Assembly: GCA_002269645.1 (NCBI GenBank)
Contig: NIVC01002040.1
Coordinates: forward strand, 124,001-188,000
Source: Macrostomum lignano
Lineage: Eukaryota
Length of the DNA stretch: 64,000 nucleotides
Reading direction: 5' to 3'
The first letter of the stretch is position 1; every line of letters starts with the position of its first letter. The position numbers and the translations under genes were made by a program. Below the pieces are notes generated by a model. That model was not told the origin of the DNA. It did not search any database and saw nothing but the letters and a program-made list of their open reading frames with translations. Shown here one piece after another: positions 27,012 through 37,600 of the stretch.

Positions 27012-27620
27012 ATGAGGATCACCATCGCAGCTCTTCTCCTAGTAGCAGCCGCCGCAACAGTGCTTGTGGACCCTGTCACTGCCAGAGTAGGTCTGAGAAG
27101 ATTTCTCCGCCTGCGCGACATCTGGAGAAGCCGGCGGGATATCAGCTGCCGGTCGCAGCTCACGGTCTCAATAAAAACACTGCGCCAGTGCGTCAAAGGC
27201 CAGTGCAAACCGATGACCAACAGGAAGCAGAGAATCAGCTGCAAAGTCAACTGCTTCCACTGGTTCCTGCTGGGCACGCAGCAGAGAGGCGAGGCCTACA
27301 ACAGTCTGGTGCAGAAGGCCGGCTGCGACACCAAGAGAATCCGCAAGATGCGCCGGTGCCGACGCGATGCAGTGAAGACGGCGGCAGGCGCGCAGCTGGA
27401 GCTCAGCCAGCTGCAGAAGTACAACGTGCTGGTGTGCCAGTTGCAGTGCCCCGGCGGCCTGCCCGCTGCCGTCTGCACCGCCAACTGCCAGCTCAGTCAG
27501 CTGGTTGGCGCCGAGGCCTACAAGAAATTCTCCGACTGCTTCGCTAAGAAAGCCTGCGCCCAGAAGTCGGAAGGTGCCGAGCTCGATTCCTGCCGACGGC
27601 AGTGCCTTAACAAGTGCTGA
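27012..27620 (+). CDS. Intronless secreted, cationic, cysteine-rich protein (202 aa), family unknown
   Basis: ATG at 27012 (GCCATG), signal-peptide-like MRITIAALLLVAAAATVLV, basic RSRR motif, 16 Cys mostly in CxxxC pairs, GC-rich codon usage like the neighbouring true genes, stop TGA at 27618-27620. Confidence 0.85.
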   Translation: MRITIAALLLVAAAATVLVDPVTARVGLRRFLRLRDIWRSRRDISCRSQLTVSIKTLRQCVKGQCKPMTNRKQRISCKVNCFHWFLLGTQQRGEAYNSLVQKAGCDTKRIRKMRRCRRDAVKTAAGAQLELSQLQKYNVLVCQLQCPGGLPAAVCTANCQLSQLVGAEAYKKFSDCFAKKACAQKSEGAELDSCRRQCLNKC

Positions 27621-29607
27621 TTTTTGCGGTCTGAGAACAGCAACAACATACTTAATTCTCTACTGTCAGTAGAGAATGTTGGTTTTGGTGGTTAAATAAA
27701 TTTAACATAGAGGATAGTGAAATCTTCGGTGAAAAAATATAAAATTGAAACGCCAAGGTCCCCAAGTCAGGTTCCTGATGTTTAAGCAACAAGTTCGATT
27801 CGTTTTGTTATTCCAAGCCAAGCCTTCAGCAGGGCAATACACACACATGTCTGCTCTCGTGCAGCAAGCCAGCCACTCGATGTGGAGTGAAGGCCAACAA
27901 TCGGTTTTTCTGTTTTTTTATCCGCGATTAAAAAAAACTAAAAAAATTCGGCCGAAAAACACAAAGCTATCAAGTATTGGAACTCTTCTCGAACTGAGTC
28001 GGAGTGATTTGATATGCATAATAAATAAGCAAAACGGAACTAATTGTATATGTTTAAGAAAACAGGAAAAACTTCACTTTGTGTGCGAAAGGGGATTTTC
28101 ATGATGAGAATGATAATTAACAGGAAAATAAATATATAGTCAGGCAACAGACTCGTTGAAAGTGTAATCTGCATCCAATTGATTATACAACTGTGTACTG
28201 AAAAACCGAGGAGAATTCCTATATTTAAGCTAAAAGCTACATACATACTGAAAACAAAAGCAAAGCAGGCAAGCTAAAAGAACACAGTTGCAGGGAGTTG
28301 GGGAAAGCTGATTGCGGAGAAAGCAGGCCAGTAAATCTATTGAATTTAAGTGTACTTATAAGAGCGCTAGCTTGGTTCTTTGCAAAGTTGCGGTTAAATA
28401 GTATAATTATTACTGATTAAGTGTTGGATGCGTACGGGTTTTTTTATACATTGGCTTGGCGTAGTAAGGCGCTGGTTGACTGTGTTGGTGGAATTAAAGC
28501 GGATTGGGGGTAGAAAGAGATAGATAAGGCGGCGGACAAACCAACGTACATTCAGGCAAGGCAATGTACATTCTAAAAAATCTCGTCCCCCCCCTAGTGT
28601 GTGGAAAGGCGCAAGATAAGAGGTCTGTTTGGCTAATAGGGGGGAAGGAATTACCACGAAGAATAGGGGGGGGGGGTTGAAATTTTATTGCTTAAATGCC
28701 CGGGATTAACAGAGAATGTACATACACAGCCCCATGTACATCAAGCCCTCAGAGCACAAACAAAAAACAAGCCAAGCCAAGCCAAGCCAAAGTCATTTAA
28801 AAAACGCAGCGCACTTTTTAAAGCATAAGAGAAGCGAAATTACAGACAGCAGAAATAAAAGCTCCAAACTCCACTGCTGAAAAGTGACTGGAAAGTTGTG
28901 TTTGCGTTTTGCTGACTTGGATTTTCAAAACTCAAAAAGCGAAAAGTTTTAATTTGAAGACAAATTCGGTTGTGCAACAATTATTAGACAGACACCGACT
29001 GATGCAACTGATTAATCAAAATCGATAGGTAAAATTAATTAAACAGCACAACATCGATTAAAAAATCAATAGATAAAGGCGGTTTCGAAAAAAAAACTTC
29101 TCACATGGCGACTCAAAAGTGATAAATAATTCTTAATGAACATAATCAATTGGTAGTTAATATTCAAGCCTAGTGCTTACGTAATTCAACAAAATACGAT
29201 TTTTATCACTTGATAGAGCACCTACAAGTGTACACTCCCGACGCGAACATGTTTACTTTACTACTATCGCTTTTGTTCTGTAAAGTAGCATGAAAGCGTA
29301 TAACAAATAAAAATAGAACTGATATAAATTAACCAAATACTACTTTCCGAGAACATTAGCCAGCAGTAGTAGCAGTTGCATGCAATTAGAAGATACAAAA
29401 CCTGAGTAGAATTACAAATTTGATCGAATTTTATTTACTTAATTCAAGTTATTAATAGTAAAAGCAAACACAAAAAACATGCCTGTGAAACGCTGAGATA
29501 TAATAGCTGATATTATTTAGTTTTTAGTCACTAAAATACATCAGACAGGTGCATTGTGCATAAAAATATGATTATAGTTAGGGTTGATTCCACACACACA
29601 TTAGGGA

Positions 29608-31506
29608 TTAAGCTTCGTAGTCCGCCTCTGCATCGGCAATTGGGAAGGCATCCGCTCTGGACAGATTCGTGTGGACAACAAACGATTGAGGCCGGCTGCC
29701 ACCAGAGGTCAGCGGTTCGCTGTCGCCGTCCAGGGGCGGCTGCTGTCGGCTGTTCACCCGGCTGAGACGGCCGCCACCACTGCCGCTGCCGCCGCCTCCG
29801 ACAAGGCTTTGAATGCTGCGCATTAGCTGCGATTGGTGCAGATTGTCCTGGGGTGTGCGTGCGGTCAGATCAGAGGTTATGCGAATTGTAGGGATTTATA
29901 ATTTGGCGGCGAGATCAAAGACTGTACTAAAACACGTAGAGGGATTTATAATTTGGCGGCGAGATCAAAGACTGTACTAAAACACGTAGAGGCATTTATG
30001 ATTGGCGGCGAGATCAAAGACTACTAAAACACGTAGAGATATTTATGATTGGCAGCGAGATCAAAGCCTACTAAAACAAGTAGAGGGATTTATAATTTGG
30101 CGGCGAGATCAAAGACTGTACTAAAACACGTAGAGGGATTTATAATTGGGGGTAAGATCAAAGTAAGCAAATAAATATGTACATATTTTTAAACAAAAAT
30201 TCAATTAATACATGTTGATGAAGTGGCTCACCTGCGAGTTGCGGTACAGGTAAGGAGCGTATCGCCTTGGCGCGATGGGACTCGGTTCCCGTTGTTCATC
30301 AGCCTCTCCAGCGTCATCTTCGCTGCGCTTCGGTCGCACAGGTTGAATGTAGATGTCGCGCACAGCTCGGAACTGGCCGCAATTGTTCAGGTGTTCGTTT
30401 TCTAAGCGGAAAAAATTCCAGACAAAACGTCTAGTGACTTCGAGTACGCCCATTACGGAGGCTAGCACCTGCAATTTGTTTTGGGTGAATACGATGGATT
30501 AAATTTATTAACTTTTCACTTTCAGGTTCACTTAACGATACTGTGAGTTTAGGTCAGGGTCAATTAAGGTCAGGTTCACTTCTTAAGGATATGAATGATT
30601 TTAGGTCCGGGTCAATTAAGGTCAGGTTCACTTAAGGATATGGCGATTCTAGGTCAGGGTCAATTAAGGTCAGGTTAACTTCTCAAGGATATGACGATTC
30701 ATGTCAGGGTCAATTAAGGTCAGGTCCAAATAAGGATACAATGACTTAAGGGCGGGGTCATTTAAGGTCAGCCATCTGAGAGCAGGCTCATCTGACCCCT
30801 GAGCATTGGGTGGGTCATTTGAGGTCAGACAAAAAAGGAAGGAACAGGGCTTACCTGCTGGTTAATAGCGGTTTGAAATTTCAGTCCAATAGTTAAAGCC
30901 CAGGTAAGACGCAGCACCAGGTCTTCAACCATTGCGGCGTAGTAGACCCAGGTGCGAGTGTACACTAATTCGTCTCTGAGCAGCTGTCCATCCTTGGGCC
31001 GGTCTAGCAGGCCCCAGTCCATCAGAATGTCCCAGGCGTAGCAATAGACTGTGGCCACCATAGACAAAATGATGAACACCACTAGGGGCGCGGTGGCTGC
31101 TCGGGGCGATAGGAATGGGGGTTCTAGCGTTGCATTGCCTGGCTTCAGGTAGAGTACCTCTCCAATTCCCACTCTACTCCCCATATCAGCCTCTCCTCTC
31201 CCCATCTCCTCTCTCATATCCTCTCCTAGTCTCATCTTTCCTCACAGACTCACCGTTAGTCAGCTGATAGCAGACGGCGCTGATAGTAACCAGAAAGGTC
31301 ATACTGTACTTTCCAGCATTGACCATATGCGGAAACAAGTGCCTCTCCTTCATATCGTAGTACCGACGGATGCACTGAGCAAAACGGAACCAAGCCGGCA
31401 GGCATTTAATTAGCGGGGTCAGGCCGAACATGATGCTTGAGCAGAGACTGCCCCGGTCTGCGAGATTTTTAGTGTACATACTTACTGTTAAATGGATACA
31501 GATATG

Positions 31507-31578
<72 letters not shown>

Positions 31579-31583
31579 GATTG

Positions 31584-31671
<88 letters not shown>

Positions 31672-34600
31672 GTAGATATAGATCACATCGCTATATATAA
31701 TAGTCTATAATAATAATAATAAAGCAGACCCTAGGATACTTGAAAACTAAGCAGAAACTCACTGAAAGCCTCAGTTGCCATGACAACCGTAGAATTAGCG
31801 CCAGGCGCTCCTAACGGCGTAAACCCGGCGCCCCAATTAATTTGAGTAGCGTAGAAGCAAAAGAAGAATTCGACATCAACGAACAGGATTGCCAGACTAT
31901 TGAGCTGATCGGCCAGCCAGAAATCAGCAAACATTACCGGATGCAAAGGGGCCGTGAATATGCGGAACTGAAATTTGAGCAAATTTTACGCATGTGAGTT
32001 CAGTTCCTTAGCGTAACCTTAAAGAATTAGATGCCACTATTAAGTATGTCACGCTAGCCACTTAAATGTGGCACTATCACCATTGATGGTCACACTGGAT
32101 AGTGACACAAGTGTGACTAATAATCCTGACACTGTCACAATTGATGGTCACACTGGATAGTGACACAAGTGTGACTAACAATCCTGACACTGTCACAATT
32201 GATGGTCACACTGGATAGTGAAACAAGTGTGACTAATAATCCTGACACTGTCACAATTGATGGTCACACTGGATAGTGAAACAAGTGTGACTAATAATCC
32301 TGACACTGTCACAATTGATGGTCACACTGGATAGTGAAACAAGTGTGACTAATAATCCAGACACTGTCACAATTGATGGTCACACTGGATAGTGAAACAA
32401 GTGTGACTAATAATCCAGACACTGTCACAATTGATGGTCACACTGGATAGTGAAACAAGTGTGACTAATAATCCTGACACTGTCACAATTGATGGTCACA
32501 CTGGATAGTGAAACAAGTGTGACTAATAATCCTGACACTGTCACAATTGATGGTCACACTGGATAGTGAAACAAGTGTGACTAATAATCCTGACACTGTC
32601 ACAATTGATGGTCACACTGGACAGTGACACAAGTGTGACCATTCATCCTGACATTGTCACAATTGATGGTCACACTGGACAGTGACACAAGTGTGACCAT
32701 TCATCCTGACATTGTCACAATTGATGGTCACACTGGACAGTGACACAAGTGTGAAAGTGACCAACAGACTTGTCATAGTCACAATTAGCGTTCACACAAA
32801 CGAGATGCGACTATATGATGACCATATACAGTAATATTACCATGGCAACAGCATAGCAACAACATAATTAGTCATAATTTACCAATACTCGACGCAACCA
32901 ACGCCTAGACTTGTACTGAAACACAGGCAGCGGATTGAGCAAATATATCGGCATAAACAGGCAGACAAGCAGCGGTGCAGCATAGCTTGGAAAGCCATTT
33001 AACCAGCTGGAGAATAGAAACAATTGAAGCGAGCCGGCCCAAACAACAGCAAATATGCCGCTAATCTGCATAATTTCAGTATGGTTGAGATGGTCACGCG
33101 GATCGATCTCAAATATTAGCACGTGATTGACGCCGGCCATACGCCAACCGTAGGTATTGACGCCAAGATAGAACAGAAACAGCGGCACTAGAAATGTGCT
33201 CCGATAGAGTCGAAGCCCCGGCTCCCAAGGCAATATCGTGTCGCCAAGGTAAATAACAGCCAAGATTGCCGTTAACAATTGGACAACAAAAATTCCGAAG
33301 CAGAAACCAACAAGGAATGTTGTCCACGGGTTTTCCTGCGGGTGGGATAATTGACAAAACCTGTTGATCAAACCAAGCCGGTTGGAGTCGATCTACAAGC
33401 CCCCAGGCCATTTTTTGTGCACGTGCTCAAATTTAATGTACGTGGTCGCTAACGAGATCACGTCCAAAAGATAGCCTCATCTAGTAAACTGTAGAAGTTG
33501 AGCTCAAGAGTAAGTAGCTCAGTGGTCTGACTCATATCAAGAACCCCTAATTCGATTCCGTGCGCGACCACATTTGGTTTGGGGTTTGTGTGCAAAAAAT
33601 TGGCAAGCTGGGTTGCTATGCGATTCAAATCCATGAGGGTCAACCCCAAAGCACAGTGTACACATGCTTGACAATTAGAACATCAGGGCCGCTGTACACC
33701 CCGTGTGAGTGTTGTATAAGTGCGTGCCTGTGTACTCGTACAGTATTGGCGCGCTTGCATGTGCTCAGGAGTCAGCGGAATGGACAGAATTCCTTCACCA
33801 CTGGATGTGGGGCGATGTCGTCGATAACGTTGCCCCAGGGCGCCCACAGCAATCATTTACTACTATTACTAACTACTTCCGATTTTGAGATGATGCCAAA
33901 TTGAAATAGAAGATAATAGTGCACTTATTTCTTTTATTTCAATTCTTTAAGACTTGCGCCAAACACAGTGAAAGCAAGAAATTCCAAATTAAAACACCTT
34001 AATGGGCTCTGTAGTGTGCAGAATGTAACGCCGAATGTAAGTCTCCAATTTGCAGGAATTCTCCGGCAAAGCCCAGGTAGATTCAAAGTCTCGCCTATCC
34101 GGCGGCAGGCAATTAGTAGACAGGTATTGCAAAGTGTCTAAACGGCTGCCACGCCTGTCCAATACGTCGAAAGCAACAACCGGTGTGCCCTGGTCAGTTG
34201 TGCTAGCGAGACGTCGGCGCTTCAAGTAGAGTTCATCTTCATTGTCGTCCTCATCATCGTCGCCATCGTAGAAGTAGTCTTTGTCTCGTTTTTTAACGTC
34301 GTCAACCCTGATGCTGTTCGATCGCCAATGTCGCTGCAAGAGAAGCTGACAGGCCGACGTCAGCGACACAGGCGGAAGCGCCGGCTGCGTCGGCGGTGCC
34401 GGCTCAAAAATAATAGACGGCACATTTAGAGACTTTTTTGGCGAGTCTGGCGACGATGGTTCCTCCTCGATTGCGGGATGCTCCTCTAGACGGTGGATAT
34501 TGGGAAAGCTAGACAGATGTCGATAATCAGTAGTTTCGGAGCGCAGACGCTGCCGTGTAAAAGAATTTACCCGACTGCGATACTCTCCACTCTCGTAGCT

Positions 34601-37600
34601 GTCAACATTGACGCCGCTGGTGGCCCGGCAAGATTCCGACACATTGCGAGATCGCAGACCTACCGGAGAAGGCGAATGAAATCTGCTGTGCTGGTTGTAT
34701 TGAGGATTACGCGTGTACCTAGGCGTAGGCATCAGCTGGTCATAGTTAGATCCGCCATAGTCCCACAAGGTGACGTTCCCTAAGCGAAGATCACGTTCCG
34801 TTTCGCTATCAGACGAGGAGTCTTCAAAAGCGCTGTCCCGCAGCGAGGATTTGCTAACGCTTGGTCGATGCTCGGAGTTCAACCGGCTGCGGAATAGCGT
34901 ACTATTAGAGAAGTAGTCGCGAATTCTCGACACACCGAGCAGCGACATCACACCAGAATTGTCGCCATTTGTTGGCTTGTATTCGTTCCATTCGGCCATT
35001 GCCGCTCTGTTATTACCTCGTATATGCTTGCTCAAAGTTTCAAGCGTAGTTCTAATCGGAGGAGTACTCGTAGAGTGTTAATAAAGACTGCGGTTTTATT
35101 TCCAACTGTGAGCGAGGCTGTGGCAGCCTATTAGAACGGTCGGTCAGCTCAGAAAGCAAGTAAAAAGATCGACAAACGCTTGATAATCAGCGGGTTATTC
35201 TTTTCCGTTCTTATCAGTTCGAGCTTATGCTGGCGAACAGAGTCAAAAAGCACTGACACTAGCCTTTGAATCAAAATTAATTCCCTTCTCATGCTTGAGT
35301 ATTTTCTAGCTCATGCACACAATAACTGTGTAGTGTAAGACACTTGTGTTTTTTGATAACGGTGCACGAGTAACACCAGTGATGATACAATCGGGTAATC
35401 GCATTTTTGAACCTGTCACAGAGCTGCATTCTTATTTGAGCCAGCGTGCGGGAATGAAGGCAGTCGTGCAGGAATTAAATATTCTTATTTGATTCTGTCT
35501 GCAGAATTGCTGATCTTGCACGCTCAAGTGTGCAGAATTGATTTTGTCTATGGCAAAATCTCCTTTAGATCTAATTTTAGCATATAGGAAGGATGCATCG
35601 TAGGCGTACCCGCGTAGGACTGATTTTGTCTATGGTTGAACTTAATGGTCTATGATTAAGATAGAATCAATTAAGAATGAGATTCATGAACGCTAACTCG
35701 TGCGTCATGGAAAAAAAACACTCGTGCGCGAATCTTTACTTTCGGCCATAGACAATAGAGCCAATCAAGCTGATAAAGGCAATTTAACAGTTCAAGACTC
35801 TTCTTTGTGGTTAAAAGACATTCACGTAGGGAATTTTAAACAAAGTATCGTGGTCACAGAAATTGATTTCTACACTTAAGACAGACTTTTTTTATGAAAC
35901 TGTCCAGCCGATTGATTCTTTCTATTTCTTCTATTTGCTCTCCTTTCTTCTCTCTTCATCCAGACTCTATCGTTAGGTTAAAAATTTCTGCCGAGCACTG
36001 CACTAAACAAAGGTTCTGTTGACGCGACAAGATTTAGCATTCACTAGACAAGTGAACAGAACACACCGAAGCCGCCGTTTATCGTAACAAAATGAACTCG
36101 ATTTGTCATGTCTCAAATGCGTGAAAGAAAAAAAACGGAAGAAACCCGAATTTTCGAAGCGTAACTAGAGACCCTGGATCACAAAGTTATCAAAAAAACG
36201 TTTTACAAGCCCGACAGTGCGTGTGAGAATTCTCCAGGTGTTTCATTATGGCGAGTACGAGCAAGGTAAAGCAATTGGCACTTCAGATATAGTCTAGTAT
36301 AGTGTCAAATTTATTATCTTTGAGTCGCACCATTCAAGTACCTGACAGTTTGTTGACCGCTCTGTTGCGCTTTGATTATCTTTGGAATGGCACAATCATG
36401 TCTGGCCTGAATCTATTTCTCTGTCTCTTGTTAGTTTGTATGTTTTTTTATCATTACATTCAATCAGTGATATCTAACGATAAGGCATAATAATACTATA
36501 GAAGATCGGTCGAGCACACCGGAAAATTCTAGAACCAATAAAGTTCAACAGAGCTATTGTGTCAATTAGCTTTAACAATCAAATAATGGATTTACAAGCT
36601 GTCTAATCAGACAATGGGGGGTTGTCTGGAAGTGAGAATTTATGGTAATGACCATAGACACGAGCGGCGATAGCTCGTGTAGACGACGAGACATAGAGCC
36701 GCTCGTGTCTATGGCCATTACCATGAATTCTCACTTCCAGCTAACTTCATTGCTTAATTTGTCCACCAGGATCCGAGTTGGAAGGGGGAATGGAGGTGTG
36801 GGGGCGAAGCCCCACTAACAACTATAAGACTATTTTAGTTTACGCTCATAGACTCGTTCGTCTTCTAAAATGATATCCCGGTAAATTGCTTTATTGTCAA
36901 TTTCAAACAATGACTGGTCATTGCTTGAATGTCATTACATTAACGTAAATTACCATAGACATTTTGAACAATGACGATTTTCAAAGTAGATCGTAGCGAT
37001 TCTCCAATATAATTGAGCTTCTGTCTATGGTAGCAAGGCTGGCACAGCGGCATTTAATTTGGTCCAACAAGCATCAATTTGGTCCATAGCTTCATTTGCA
37101 ACTGCTGCGGTGGAGCAAGATCAGCCCCAGAATTGTGGACCATATGCTTGTGAAAGAAAAGGCTGCCGAACGAATGCCATTGGCTTGTGATCGAAGCACT
37201 GGACAGAGGTGAACACTCGAATGACATTGCAATGCTGTTGAATGTAAAAGAAAAGATGCTTTACGGCATCCATCAGCGCGTTGAAACCGCTGTCGGCAGA
37301 GATGATGCAGTTGAGACCAATCCTTTGTTCACGTTGCAGAAAATACAGCAGAAGTTGAAGGAACAGTTCCAGTTGGTTATCGGATTTCGACTATTAGCAG
37401 AGCTCCGGAAAAGCGACTGAAAAGGTTGGTAGAGACGCTGACATTCCAGCGGTACTCAACAACCTGCAGACGGTCGCGAGAAGGCAGGAGCATTTGGACC
37501 AAATTGATGCTTGTTGGACCAAATGAAATACCGCTGTGGCAGCCTTGCTACCATAGACAAAAGCTTCGTTACATTGGCAAACGTATCCTGGATTAAATTC

